Assembly (NCBI GenBank): GCA_032718475.1 | Contig: JAUCBJ010007620.1 | Span: forward strand, 124,001 to 188,000 | Direction of reading: 5' to 3' | DNA: 64,000 nucleotides | Source of the DNA: Nemertoderma westbladi | Lineage: Eukaryota; Animalia; Xenacoelomorpha | Part shown: positions 1 through 15,600 of the stretch, piece after piece | How positions within the stretch are numbered: position 1 is the first letter of the stretch | Layout of the letters: the number at the start of each line of letters is the position of its first letter | The notes under the pieces: generated by a model | Seen by the model: only the letters and a program-made list of their open reading frames with translations | Told to the model about the DNA's origin: nothing | Databases searched by the model: none | Program-made: the position numbers and the translations under genes

Positions 1-3000
1 ACATGCGACCAATGTAATAATGGAAAAAGTAAGTGAAATCCATTGTCAGACAACGTGCGTCTATTGTAAAGATGGAAAAAGTAAGTGAAATCCATTGTCA
101 GACAATATGCGACCAATGTAATAATGGAAAAAGTAAGTGAAATCCATTGTCAGACAACGTGCGTCTATTGTAAAGATGGAAACAGTAAGTGAAATCCATT
201 GTCAGACAACATGCGACCATTGTAAAGATTGAAAAAGTAAGTGAAATCCATTGTCAGACAACATGCGACCAATGTAATAATGGAAAAAGTAAGTGAAATC
301 CATTGTCAGACAACGTGCGTCTATTGTAAAGATGGAAAAAGTAAGTGAAATCCATTGTCAGACAACATGCGACCAATGTAATAATGGAAAAAGTAAGTGA
401 AATCCATTGTCAGACAACGTGCGTCTATTGTAAAGATGGAAAAAGTAAGTGAAATCCATTGTCAGACAACATGCGACCAATGTAATAATGGAAAAAGTAA
501 GTGAAATTCATTGTCAGACAACGTGCGTCTATTGTAAAGATGGAAAAAGTAAGTGAAATCCATTGTCAGACAACATGCGACCATTGTAAAGATGGAAAAA
601 GTAAGTGAAATCCATTGTCAGAGAACATGCGACTATTGTAAAGATGGAAAAAGTAAGTGAAATCCATTGTCAGACAACATGCGACTATTGTAAAGATGGA
701 AAAAGTAAGTGAAAACCATTGTCAGACAACATGCGATTATTGTAAAGATTGAAAAAGTAAGTGAAATCCATTGTCAGACAACATGCGACCATTGTAAAGA
801 TGGAAAAAGTATGTGAAATCCATTGTCAGACAACATGCGACTATTGTAAAGATGGAAAAAGTAAGTGATATCCATTGTCAGCCAACATGCGACTATTGTA
901 AAGATGGAAAAAGTAAGTAAGTGAAATCCATTGTCAGACAACATGCGACTATTGCAATAATGGAAAAGGTAACTGAAATCCATTGTCAGCCAACATGCGA
1001 CTATTGTAAAGATGGAAAAAGTAAGTGAAATCCATTGTCAGACAACATGCGACTATTGCAATAATGGAAAAGGTATCTGAAATCCATTGTCAGACAACAT
1101 GCGACTATTGTAAAGATGGAAAAAGTAAGTGAAATCCATTGTCAGACAACATGCGACCATTGTAAAGATTGAAAAAGTAAGTGAAATCCATTGTCAGACA
1201 ACATGCGACCAATGTAATAATGGAAAAAGTAAGTGAAATCCATTGTCAGACAACGTGCGTCTATTGTAAAGATGGAAACAGTAAGTGAAATCCATTGTCA
1301 GACAACATGCGACCATTGTAAAGATTGAAAAAGTAAGTGAAATCCATTGTCAGACAACATGCGACCAATGTAATAATGGAAAAAGTAAGTGAAATCCATT
1401 GTCAGACAACGTGCGTCTATTGTAAAGATGGAAAAAGTAAGTGAAATCCATTGTCAGACAACATGCGACCAATGTAATAATGGAAAAAGTAAGTGAAATC
1501 CATTGTCAGACAACGTGCGTCTATTGTAAAGATGGAAAAAGTAAGTGAAATCCATTGTCAGACAACATGCGACCAATGTAATAATGGAAAAAGTAAGTGA
1601 AATTCATTGTCAGACAACGTGCGTCTATTGTAAAGATGGAAAAAGTAAGTGAAATCCATTGTCAGACAACATGCGACCATTGTAAAGATGGAAAAAGTAA
1701 GTGAAATCCATTGTCAGAGAACATGCGACTATTGTAAAGATGGAAAAATGGTCAGACAACGTGCGTCTATTGTAAAGATGGAAAAAGTAAGTGAAATCCA
1801 TTGTCAGACAACATGCGACCAATGTAATAATGGAAAAAGTAAGTGAAATTCATTGTCAGACAACGTGCGTCTATTGTAAAGATGGAAAAAGTAAGTGAAA
1901 TCCATTGTCAGACAACATGCGACCATTGTAAAGATGGAAAAAATAAGTGAAATCCATTGTCAGAGAACATGCGACTATTGTAAAGATGGAAAAAGTAAGT
2001 GAAATCCATTGTCAGACAACATGCGACTATTGTAAAGATGGAAAAAGTAAGTGAAAACCATTGTCAGACAACATGCGATTATTGTAAAGATTGAAAAAGT
2101 AAGTGAAATCCATTGTCAGACAACATGCGACCATTGTAAAGATGGAAAAAGTAAGTGAAATCCATTGTCAGACAACATGCGACTATTGTAAAGATGGAAA
2201 AAGTAAGTGAAAACCATTGTCAGACAACATGCGACCAATGTAATAATGGAAAAAGTAAGTGAAATCCATTGTCAGACAACGTGCGTCTATTGTAAAGATG
2301 GAAAAAGTAAGTGAAATCCATTGTCAGACAACATGCGACCAATGTAATAATGGAAAAAGTAAGTGAAATCCATTGTCAGACAACGTGCGTCTATTGTAAA
2401 GATGGAAACAGTAAGTGAAATCCATTGTCAGACAACATGCGACCAATGTAATAATGGAAAAAGTAAGTGAAATCCATTGTCAGACAACGTGCGTCTATTG
2501 TAAAGATGGAAAAAGTAAGTGAAATCCATTGTCAGACAATATGCGACCAATGTAATAATGGAAAAAGTAAGTGAAATCCATTGTCAGACAACGTGCGTCT
2601 ATTGTAAAGATGGAAACAGTAAGTGAAATCCATTGTCAGACAACATGCGACCATTGTAAAGATTGAAAAAGTAAGTGAAATCCATTGTCAGACAACATGC
2701 GACCAATGTAATAATGGAAAAAGTGAGTGAAATCCATTGTCAGACAACGTGCGTCTATTGTAAAGATGGAAAAAGTAAGTGAAATCCATTGTCAGACAAC
2801 ATGCGACCAATGTAATAATGGAAAAAGTAAGTGAAATCCATTGTCAGACAACGTGCGTCTATTGTAAAGATGGAAAAAGTAAGTGAAATCCATTGTCAGA
2901 CAACATGCGACCAATGTAATAATGGAAAAAGTAAGTGAAATTCATTGTCAGACAACGTGCGTCTTTGTAAAGATGGAAAAAGTAAGTGAAATCCATTGTC

Positions 3001-4600
3001 AGACAACATGCGACCATTGTAAAGATGGAAAAAGTAAGTGAAATCCATTGTCAGAGAACATGCGACTATTGTAAAGATGGAAAAAGTAAGTGAAATCCAT
3101 TGTCAGACAACATGCGACTATTGTAAAGATGGAAAAAGTAAGTGAAAACCATTGTCAGACAACATGCGATTATTGTAAAGATTGAAAAAGTAAGTGAAAT
3201 CCATTGTCAGACAACATGCGACCATTGTAAAGATGGAAAAAGTATGTGAAATCCATTGTCAGACAACATGCGACTATTGTAAAGATGGAAAAAGTAAGTG
3301 ATATCCATTGTCAGCCAACATGCGACTATTGTAAAGATGGAAAAAGTAAGTAAGTGAAATCCATTGTCAGACAACATGCGACTATTGCAATAATGGAAAA
3401 GGTAACTGAAATCCATTGTCAGCCAACATGCGACTATTGTAAAGATGGAAAAAGTAAGTGAAATCCATTGTCAGACAACATGCGACTATTGCAATAATGG
3501 AAAAGGTATCTGAAATCCATTGTCAGACAACATGCGACTATTGTAAAGATGGAAAAAGTAAGTGAAATCCATTGTCAGACAACATGCGACCATTGTAAAG
3601 ATTGAAAAAGTAAGTGAAATCCATTGTCAGACAACATGCGACCAATGTAATAATGGAAAAAGTAAGTGAAATCGATTGTCAGACAACGTGCGTCTATTGT
3701 AAAGATGGAAACAGTAAGTGAAATCCATTGTCAGACAACATGCGACCATTGTAAAGATTGAAAAAGTAAGTGAAATCCATTGTCAGACAACATGCGACCA
3801 ATGTAATAATGGAAAAAGTAAGTGAAATCCATTGTCAGACAACGTGCGTCTATTGTAAAGATGGAAAAAGTAAGTGAAATCCATTGTCAGACAACATGCG
3901 ACCAATGTAATAATGGAAAAAGTAAGTGAAATCCATTGTCAGACAACGTGCGTCTATTGTAAAGATGGAAAAAGTAAGTGAAATCCATTGTCAGACAACA
4001 TGCGACCAATGTAATAATGGAAAAAGTAAGTGAAATTCATTGTCAGACAACGTGCGTCTATTGTAAAGATGGAAAAAGTAAGTGAAATCCATTGTCAGAC
4101 AACATGCGACCATTGTAAAGATGGAAAAAGTAAGTGAAATCCATTGTCAGAGAACATGCGACTATTGTAAAGATGGAAAAATGGTCAGACAACGTGCGTC
4201 TATTGTAAAGATGGAAAAAGTAAGTGAAATCCATTGTCAGACAACATGCGACCAATGTAATAATGGAAAAAGTAAGTGAAATTCATTGTCAGACAACGTG
4301 CGTCTATTGTAAAGATGGAAAAAGTAAGTGAAATCCATTGTCAGACAACATGCGACCATTGTAAAGATGGAAAAAATAAGTGAAATCCATTGTCAGAGAA
4401 CATGCGACTATTGTAAAGATGGAAAAAGTAAGTGAAATCCATTGTCAGACAACATGCGACTATTGTAAAGATGGAAAAAGTAAGTGAAAACCATTGTCAG
4501 ACAACATGCGATTATTGTAAAGATTGAAAAAGTAAGTGAAATCCATTGTCAGACAACATGCGACCATTGTAAAGATGGAAAAAGTAAGTGAAATCCATTG
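1..4600 (+). repeat. Higher-order duplication, period 2,433 bp (47 monomers); further partial copies to about 8,000
   Basis: Rare markers (AGTATGTG, GTAAGTAAGT +4 insertion, GGTATCTG, 14-bp deletion GGAAAAATGGTCAG) recur at a 2,433 offset (ORF track 774/3207 and 1625/4058). Boundaries approximate. Confidence 0.85.
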
Positions 4601-7600
4601 TCAGACAACATGCGACTATTGTAAAGATGGAAAAAGTAAGTGATATCCATTGTCAGCCAACATGCGACTATTGTAAAGATGGAAAAAGTAAGTGAAATCC
4701 ATTGTCAGAGAACATGCGACTATTGTAAAGATGGAAAAAGTAAGTGAAATCCATTGTCAGACAACATGCGACCATTGTAAAGATGGAAAAAGTAAGTGAA
4801 ATCCATTGTCAGACAACATGCGACTATTGTAAAGATGGAAAAAGTAAGTGAAATCCATTGTCAGACAACATGCGACCATTGTAAAGATGGAAAAAGTAAG
4901 TGAAATCCATTGTCAGAGAACATGCGACTATTGTAAAGATGGAAAAAGTAAGTGAAATCCATTGTCAGACAACATGCGACTATTGTAAAGATGGAAAAAG
5001 TAAGTGAAAACCATTGTCAGACAACATGCGATTATTGTAAAGATTGAAAAAGTAAGTGAAATCCATTGTCAGACAACATGCGACCATTGTAAAGATGGAA
5101 AAAGTAAGTGAAATCCATTGTCAGACAACATGCGACTATTGTAAAGATGGAAAAAGTAAGTGATATCCATTGTCAGACAACATGCGACTATTGCAATAAT
5201 GGAAAAGGTAACTGAAATCCATTGTCAGACAACATGCGACTATTGTAAAGATGGAAAAAGTAAGTGAAAACCATTGTCAGACAACATGCGACCAATGTAA
5301 TAATGGAAAAAGTAAGTGAAATCCATTGTCAGACAACGTGCGTCTATTGTAAAGATGGAAAAAGTAAGTGAAATCCATTGTCAGACAACATGCGACCAAT
5401 GTAATAATGGAAAAAGTAAGTGAAATCCATTGTCAGACAACGTGCGTCTATTGTAAAGATGGAAACAGTAAGTGAAATCCATTGTCAGACAACATGCGAC
5501 CAATGTAATAATGGAAAAAGTAAGTGAAATCCATTGTCAGACAACGTGCGTCTATTGTAAAGATGGAAAAAGTAAGTGAAATCCATTGTCAGACAATATG
5601 CGACCAATGTAATAATGGAAAAAGTAAGTGAAATCCATTGTCAGACAACGTGCGTCTATTGTAAAGATGGAAACAGTAAGTGAAATCCATTGTCAGACAA
5701 CATGCGACCATTGTAAAGATTGAAAAAGTAAGTGAAATCCATTGTCAGACAACATGCGACCAATGTAATAATGGAAAAAGTAAGTGAAATCCATTGTCAG
5801 ACAACGTGCGTCTATTGTAAAGATGGAAAAAGTAAGTGAAATCCATTGTCAGACAACATGCGACCAATGTAATAATGGAAAAAGTAAGTGAAATCCATTG
5901 TCAGACAACGTGCGTCTATTGTAAAGATGGAAAAAGTAAGTGAAATCCATTGTCAGACAACATGCGACCAATGTAATAATGGAAAAAGTAAGTGAAATTC
6001 ATTGTCAGACAACGTGCGTCTATTGTAAAGATGGAAAAAGTAAGTGAAATCCATTGTCAGACAACATGCGACCATTGTAAAGATGGAAAAAGTAAGTGAA
6101 ATCCATTGTCAGAGAACATGCGACTATTGTAAAGATGGAAAAAGTAAGTGAAATCCATTGTCAGACAACATGCGACTATTGTAAAGATGGAAAAAGTAAG
6201 TGAAAACCATTGTCAGACAACATGCGATTATTGTAAAGATTGAAAAAGTAAGTGAAATCCATTGTCAGACAACATGCGACCATTGTAAAGATGGAAAAAG
6301 TAAGTGAAATCCATTGTCAGACAACATGCGACTATTGTAAAGATGGAAAAAGTAAGTGATATCCATTGTCAGCCAACATGCGACTATTGTAAAGATGGAA
6401 AAAGTAAGTAAGTGAAATCCATTGTCAGACAACATGCGACTATTGCAATAATGGAAAAGGTAACTGAAATCCATTGTCAGCCAACATGCGACTATTGTAA
6501 AGATGGAAAAAGTAAGTGAAATCCATTGTCAGACAACATGCGACTATTGCAATAATGGAAAAGGTAACTGAAATCCATTGTCAGACAACATGCGACTATT
6601 GTAAAGATGGAAAAAGTAAGTGAAAACCATTGTCAGACAACATGCGACCAATGTAATAATGGAAAAAGCAAGTGAAATCCATTGTCAGACAACGTGCGTC
6701 TATTGTAAAGATGGAAAAAGTAAGTGAAATCCATTGTCAGACAACATGCGACCAATGTAATAATGGAAAAAGTAAGTGAAATCCATTGTCAGACAACGTG
6801 CGTCTATTGTAAAGATGGAAACAGTAAGTGAAATCCATTGTCAGACAACATGCGACCAATGTAATAATGGAAAAAGTAAGTGAAATCCATTGTCAGACAA
6901 CGTGCGTCTATTGTAAAGATGGAAAAAGTAAGTGAAATCCATTGTCAGACAATATGCGACCAATGTAATAATGGAAAAAGTAAGTGAAATCCATTGTCAG
7001 ACAACGTGCGTCTATTGTAAAGATGGAAACAGTAAGTGAAATCCATTGTCAGACAACATGCGACCATTGTAAAGATTGAAAAAGTAAGTGAAATCCATTG
7101 TCAGACAACATGCGACCAATGTAATAATGGAAAAAGTAAGTGAAATCCATTGTCAGACAACGTGCGTCTATTGTAAAGATGGAAAAAGTAAGTGAAATCC
7201 ATTGTCAGACAACATGCGACCAATGTAATAATGGAAAAAGTAAGTGAAATCAATTGTCAGACAACGTGCGTCTATTGTAAAGATGGAAAAAGTAAGTGAA
7301 ATCCATTGTCAGACAACATGCGACCAATGTAATAATGGAAAAAGTAAGTGAAATTCATTGTCAGACAACGTGCGTCTATTGTAAAGATGGAAAAAGTAAG
7401 TGAAATCCATTGTCAGACAACATGCGACCATTGTAAAGATGGAAAAAGTAAGTGAAATCCATTGTCAGAGAACATGCGACTATTGTAAAGATGGAAAAAT
7501 GGTCAGACAACGTGCGTCTATTGTAAAGATGGAAAAAGTAAGTGAAATCCATTGTCAGACAACATGCGACCAATGTAATAATGGAAAAAGTAAGTGAAAT

Positions 7601-10600
7601 CCATTGTCAGACAACGTGCGTCTATTGTAAAGATGGAAAAAGTAAGTGAAATCCATTGTCAGACAACATGCGACCAATGTAATAATGGAAAAAGTAAGTG
7701 AAATCCATTGTCAGACAACGTGCGTCTATTGTAAAGATGGAAAAAGTAAGTGAAATCCATTGTCAGACAACATGCGACCATTGTAAAGATGGAAAAAGTA
7801 AGTGAAATTCATTGTCAGACAACGTGCGTCTATTGTAAAGATGGAAAAAGTAAGTGAAATCCATTGTCAGACAACATGCGACCAATGTAATAATGGAAAA
7901 AGTAAGTGAAATCCATTGTCAGACAACGTGCGTCTATTGTAAAGATGGAAAAAGTAAGTGAAATCCATTGTCAGACAACATGCGACCAATGTAATAATGG
8001 AAAAAGTAAGTGAAATCCATTGTCAGACAACGTGCGTCTATTGTAAAGATGGAAAAAATAAGTGAAATCCATTGTCAGACAACATGCGACCATTGTAAAG
8101 ATGGAAAAAGTAAGTGAAATCCATTGTCAGACAACATGCGACTATTGTAAAGATGGAAAAAGTAAGTGAAAAGCATTGTCAGACAACATGCGACTATTGT
8201 AAAGATTGAAAAAGTAAGTGAAATCCATTGTCAGACAACGTGCGTCTATTGTAAAGATGGAAAAAGTAAGTGAAATCCATTGTCAGAGAACATGCGACTA
8301 TTGTAAAGATGGAAAAAGTAAGTGAAAACCATTGTCAGACAACATGCGACTATTGTAGAGATGGAAAAAGTAAGTGAAATCCATTGTCAGAGAACATGCG
8401 ACTATTGTAAAGATGGAAAAAGTAAGTGAAAACCATTGTCAGACAACATGCGACTATTGTAAAGATTGAAAAAGTAAGTGAAATCCATTGTCAGACAACA
8501 TGCGACTATTGTAAAGATGGAAAAAGTAAGTGAAATCCATTGTCAGACAACATGCGTCTATTGTAAAGATGGAAAAAGTAAGTGAAATCCATTGTCAGAG
8601 AACATGCGACTATTGCAATAATGGAAAAAGTAAGTGAAATCCATTGTCAGAGAACATGCGACTATTGTAAAGATGGAAAAAGTAAGTGAAAACCATTGTC
8701 AGACAACATGCGACTATTTTAAAGATTGAAAAAGTAAGTGAAATCCATTGTCAGACAACATGCGACTATTGTAAAGATTGAAAAAGTAAGTGAAATCCAT
8801 TGTCAGACAACATGCGACTATTATAAAGATGGAAAAAGTAAGTGAAAACCATTGTCAGACAACATGCGACTATTGTAAAGATGGAAAAAGTAAGTGAAAT
8901 CCATTGTCAGAGAACATGCGACTATTGTAAAGATGGAAAAAGTAAGTGAAATCCATTGTCAGACAACATGCGACTATTGTAAAGATGGAAAAAGTAAGTG
9001 AAAACCATTGTCAGACAACATGCGATTATTGTAAAGATTGAAAAAGTAAGTGAAATCCATTGTCAGACAACATGCGACCATTGTAAAGATGGAAAAAGTA
9101 AGTGAAATCCATTGTCAGACAACATGCGACTATTGTAAAGATGGAAAAAGTAAGTGATATCCATTGTCAGCCAACATGCGACTATTGTAAAGATGGAAAA
9201 AGTAAGTAAGTGAAATCCATTGTCAGACAACATGCGACTATTGCAATAATGGAAAAGGTAACTGAAATCCATTGTCAGCCAACATGCGACTATTGTAAAG
9301 ATGGAAAAAGTAAGTGAAATCCATTGTCAGACAACATGCGACTATTGCAATAATGGAAAAGGTAACTGAAATCCATTGTCAGACAACATGCGACTATTGT
9401 AAAGATGGAAAAAGTAAGTGAAAACCATTGTCAGACAACATGCGACTATTGTAAAGATTGAAAAAGTAAGTGAAAACCATTGTCAGACAACATGCGACTA
9501 TTGTAAAGATTGAAAAAGTAAGTGAAATCCATTGTCAGACAACATGCGACTATTGTAGAGATGGAAAAAGTAAGTGAAAACCATTGTCAGACAACATGCG
9601 ACTATAGTAAAGATGGAAAAAGGAAAAAGTAAGTGAAATCCATTGTCAGACAACATGCGACTATTGTAGAGATGGAAAAAGTAAGTGAAATCCATTGTCA
9701 GACAACATGCGACTATTGTAAAGATGGAAAAAGTAAGTGAAATCCATTGTCAGACAACATGCAACTATTTTAAAGATGGAAAAAGTAAGTGAAATACATT
9801 GTCAGACAACATGCGACTATTTTAAAGATGGGAAAAGTAAATGAAATCCATTGTCAGACAACATGCGACTATTGTAAAGATGGAAAAAGTAAGTGAAAAC
9901 CATTGTCAGACAACATGCGACTATTGTAAAGATTGAAAAAGTAAGTGAAATCCATTGTCAGACAACATGCGACTATTGTAAAGATTGAAAAAGTAAGTGA
10001 AATCCATTGTCAGACAACATGCGACTATTGTAAAGATGGAAAAAGTAAGTGAAAACCATTGTCAGACAACATGCGACTATTTTAAAGATTGAAAAAGTAA
10101 GTGAAATCCATTGTCAGACAACATGCGACTATTGTAAAGATTGAAAAAGTAAGTGAAATCCATTGTCAGACAACATGCGACTATTGTAAAGATGGAAAAA
10201 GTAAGTGAAATCCATTGTCAGACAACATGCGACTATTGTAAAGATGGAAAAAGTAAGTGAAAACCATTGTCAGACAACATGCGACTATTGTAAAGATTGA
10301 AAAAGTAAGTGAAATCCATTGTCAGACAACATGCGACTATTGTAAAGATTGAAAAAGTAAGTGAAATCCATTGTCAGACAACATGCGACTATTGTAGAGA
10401 TTGAAAAAGTAAGTGAAATCCATTGTCAGAGAACATGCGACTATTGTAAAGATGGAAAAAGTAAGTGAAAACCATTGTCAAACAACATGCGACTATTGTA
10501 AAGATTGAAAAAGTAAGTGAAATCCATTGTCAGACAACATGCGACCATTGTAAAGATGGAAAAAGTAAGTGAAATCCATTGTCAGAGAACATGCGACTAT

Positions 10601-12699
10601 TGTAAAGATGGAAAAAGTAAGTGAAAACCATTGTCAGACAACATGCGACTATTGTAAAGATTGAAAATGTAAGTGAAATCCATTGTCAGACAACATGCGA
10701 CCATTGTAAAGATGGAAAAATTAAGTGAAAACCATTGTCAGAGAACATGCGACTATTGTAAAGATGGAAAAATTAAGTGAAAACCATTGTCAGACAACAT
10801 GCGACTATTGTGAAGATTGAAAAAGTAAGTGAAATCCATTGTCACACAACATGCGACTATTTTAAAGATGGAACAAGTAAGTGAAATCCATTGTCAGACA
10901 ACATGCGACTATTGTAAAGATGGAAAAAGTAAGTGAAATCCATTGTCAGACAACATGCAACTATTTTAAAGATGGAAAAAGTAAGTAAAATACATTGTCA
11001 GACAACATGCGACTATTTTAAAGATGGGAAAAGTAAGTGAAATCCATTGTCAGACAACATGCGACTATTGTAAAGATGGAAAAAGTAAGTGAAAACCATT
11101 GTCAGACAACATGCGACTATTGTAAAGATTGAAAAAGTAAGTGAAATCCATTGTCAGACAACATGCGACTATTGTAAAGATGGAAAAAGTTAGTGAAATC
11201 CATTGTCAGACAACATGCGACTATTGTAAAGATGGAAAAAAGTAAGTGAAATCCATTGTCAGACAACACGCGACTATTGTAAAGATGGAAAAATTAAGTG
11301 AAATCCATTGTCAGACAACATGCGACTATTGTAAAGATGGAAAAAGTAAGTGAAAACCATTGTCAGACAACATGCGACTATTGTAAAGATTGAAAAAGTA
11401 AGTGAAATCCATTGTCAGACAACATGCGACTATTTTAAAGATGGAAAAAGTAAGTGAAATCCATTGTCAGACAACATGCGACTATTGTAAAGATGGAAAA
11501 AGTAAGTGAAAACCATTGTCAGACAACATGCGACTATTTTAAAGATGGAAAAAGTAAGTGAAAACCATTGTCAGACAACATGCGACTATTTTAAAGATGG
11601 AAAAAGTAAGTGAAATCCATTGTCAGACAACATGCGACTATTGTAAAGATGGAAAAAGTAAGTGAAAACCATTGTCAGACAACATGCGACAAGATTGAAA
11701 AAGTAAGTGAAATCCATTGTCAGACAACATGCGACTATTATAAAGATGGAAAAAGTAAGTGAAATCCATTGTCAGACAACATGCGACTATTTTAAAGAGG
11801 GAAAAAGTAAGTGAAAACCATTGTCAGACAACATGCGACTATTGTAAAGATTGAAAAAGTAAGTGAAATCCATTGTCAGACAATATGCGACTATTGTAAA
11901 GATTGAAAAAGTAAGTGAAATCCATTGTCAGACAACATGCGACTATTGTAAAGATTGAAAAAGTAAGTGAAATCCATTGTCAGACAATATGCGACTATTG
12001 TAAAGATTGAAAAAGTAAGTGAAATCCATTGTCAGACAACATGCGACTATTGTAAAGATGGAAAAACTAAGTGAAATCCATTGTCAGTCAACATGCGACT
12101 ATTTTAAAGATGGAAAAAGTAAGTGAAATCCATTGTCAGACAACATGCGACTATTTTAAAGATGGAAAAAGTAAGTGAAAACCATTGTCAGACAACATGC
12201 GACTATTGTAAAGATTGAAAAAGTAAGTGAAATCCGTCGTCAGACAACATGCGACTATTTTAAAGATGGAAAAAGTAAGTGAAATCCATTGTCAGACAAC
12301 ATGCGACTATTTTAAAGATGGAAAAAGTAAGTGAAATCCATTGTCAGACAACATGCGACTATTGTAAAGATGGAAAAAGTAAGTTAAAATCATTGTCAGA
12401 CAACATGCGACTATTTTAAAGATGGAAAAAGTAAGTGAAATCCATTGTTAGACAACATGCGACTATTGTAAAGATGGAAAAAGTAAGTGAAAACCATTGT
12501 CAGACAACATGCGACTATTGTAAAGATTGAAAAAGTAAGTGAAATCCATTGTCAGACAACATGCGACTATTGTAAAGATGGAAAAAGTTATAGTGAAATC
12601 CATTGTCAGACAACATGCGACTATTGCAATAATGGAAAAAGTAAGTGAAACCCATTGTCAGCCAACATGCGACTATTTTAAAGATGGAAAAAGTAAGTG

Positions 12700-15600
12700 A
12701 AATCCATTGTCAGACAACATGCGACTATTGTAAAGATCGAAAAAGTAAGTGAAAATCATTGTCAGACAACATGCGACTATTGTAAAGATGGAAAAAGTAA
12801 GTTAAATCCATTGTCAGACAACATGCGACTATTGTAAAGATGGAAAAAGTAAGTGAAAACCATTGTCAGACAACATGCGACTATTATAGAGATGGAAAAA
12901 GTAAGTGAAATCCATTGTCAGACAACATGCGACTATTGTAAAGATGGAAAAAGTAAGTGAAATCCATTGTCAGACAACATGCGACTATTGCAATAATGGA
13001 AAAGGTAAGTGAAATCCATTGTCAGACAACATGCGACTATTGTAAAGATGGAAAAAGTAAGTGAAATCCATTGTCAGACAACATGCGACTATTGTAAAGA
13101 TGGAAAAAGTAAGTGAAAACCATTGTCAGACAACATGCGACTATTATAGAGATGGAAAAAGTAAGTGAAATCCATTGTCAGACAACATGCGACTATTGTA
13201 AAGATTGAAAAAGTAAGTGAAAACCATTGTCAGACAACATGCGACTATTATAGAGATGGAAAAAGTAAGTGAAATCCATTATCAGACAACATGCGACTAT
13301 TGTAAAGATTGAAAAAGTAAGTGAAATCCATTGTCAGACAACATGCGACTATTGTAAAGATGGAAAAAGTAAGTGAAATCCATTTCAGACAACATGCGAC
13401 TATTGTAAAGATGGAAAAATTAAGTGAAATCCATTGTCAGACAACATGCGACAATTGCAATAATGGAAAAAGTAAGTGAAATCCATTGTCAGGCAACATG
13501 CGACTATTGTAAAGATGGAAAAAGTAAGTGAAATCCATTGTCAGACAACATGCGACTATTGCAATAATGGAAAAGGTAAGTGAAATCCATTGTCAGAAAA
13601 CATGCGACTATTGCAATAATGGAAAAGGTAAGTGAAATCCATTGTCAGAGAACATGCGACTATTGTAAAGATGGAAAAAGTTAGTGAAATCCATTGTCAG
13701 ACAACTTGCGACTATTGTAAAGATGTAAAAAGTAAGTGAAATCCATTGTCAGACAACATGCGACTATTTTAAAGATGGAAAAAGTAAGTGAAATCCATTG
13801 TCAGACAACATGCGACTATTGTAAACATGGAAAAAGTAAGTGAAATCCATTGTCAGACAACATGCGACTATTGTAAACATGGAAAAAGTTAGTGAAATCC
13901 ATTGTCAGACAACATGCGACTATTTTAAAGATGGAAGAAGTAAGTGAAATCCATTGTCAGACAACATGCGACTATTGTAAACATGGAAAAAGTAAGTGAA
14001 ATCCATTGTCAGACAACATGCGACTATTGTAAAGATGTAAAAAGTAAGTGAAATCCATTGTCAGACAACATGCGACTATTTTAAAGATGGAAAAAGTAAG
14101 TGAAATCCATTGTCAGACAACATGCGACTATTGTAAACATGGAAAAAGTAAGTGAAATCCATTGTCAGACAACATGCGACTATTGTAAAGATGTAAAAAG
14201 TAAGTGAAATCCATTGTCAGACAACATGCGACTATTGTAAAGATCGAAAAAGTAAGTGAAAATCATTGTCAGACAACATGCGACTATTGTAAAGATGGAA
14301 AAAGTAAGTTAAATCCATTGTCAGACAACATGCGACTATTGTAAAGATGGAAAAAGTAAGTGAAAACCATTGTCAGACAACATGCGACTATTATAGAGAT
14401 GGAAAAAGTAAGTGAAATCCATTGTCAGACAACATGCGACTATTGTAAAGATGGAAAAAGTAAGTGAAATCCATTGTCAGACAACATGCGACTATTGCAA
14501 TAATGGAAAAGGTAAGTGAAATCCATTGTCAGACAACATGCGACTATTGTAAAGATGGAAAAAGTAAGTGAAATCCATTGTCAGACAACATGCGACTATT
14601 GTAAAGATGGAAAAAGTAAGTGAAAACCATTGTCAGACAACATGCGACTATTATAGAGATGGAAAAAGTAAGTGAAATCCATTGTCAGACAACATGCGAC
14701 TATTGTAAAGATTGAAAAAGTAAGTGAAAACCATTGTCAGACAACATGCGACTATTATAGAGATGGAAAAAGTAAGTGAAATCCATTATCAGACAACATG
14801 CGACTATTGTAAAGATTGAAAAAGTAAGTGAAATCCATTGTCAGACAACATGCGACTATTGTAAAGATGGAAAAAGTAAGTGAAATCCATTTCAGACAAC
14901 ATGCGACTATTGTAAAGATGGAAAAATTAAGTGAAATCCATTGTCAGACAACATGCGACAATTGCAATAATGGAAAAAGTAAGTGAAATCCATTGTCAGG
15001 CAACATGCGACTATTGTAAAGATGGAAAAAGTAAGTGAAATCCATTGTCAGACAACATGCGACTATTGCAATAATGGAAAAGGTAAGTGAAATCCATTGT
15101 CAGAAAACATGCGACTATTGCAATAATGGAAAAGGTAAGTGAAATCCATTGTCAGAGAACATGCGACTATTGTAAAGATGGAAAAAGTTAGTGAAATCCA
15201 TTGTCAGACAACATGCGACTATTGTAAAGATGTAAAAAGTAAGTGAAATCCATTGTCAGACAACATGCGACTATTTTAAAGATGGAAAAAGTAAGTGAAA
15301 TCCATTGTCAGACAACATGCGACTATTGTAAACATGGAAAAAGTAAGTGAAATCCATTGTCAGACAACATGCGACTATTGTAAACATGGAAAAAGTTAGT
15401 GAAATCCATTGTCAGACAACATGCGACTATTTTAAAGATGGAAGAAGTAAGTGAAATCCATTGTCAGACAACATGCGACTATTGTAAACATGGAAAAAGT
15501 AAGTGAAATCCATTGTCAGACAACATGCGACTATTGTAAAGATGTAAAAAGTAAGTGAAATCCATTGTCAGACAACATGCGACTATTTTAAAGATGGAAA

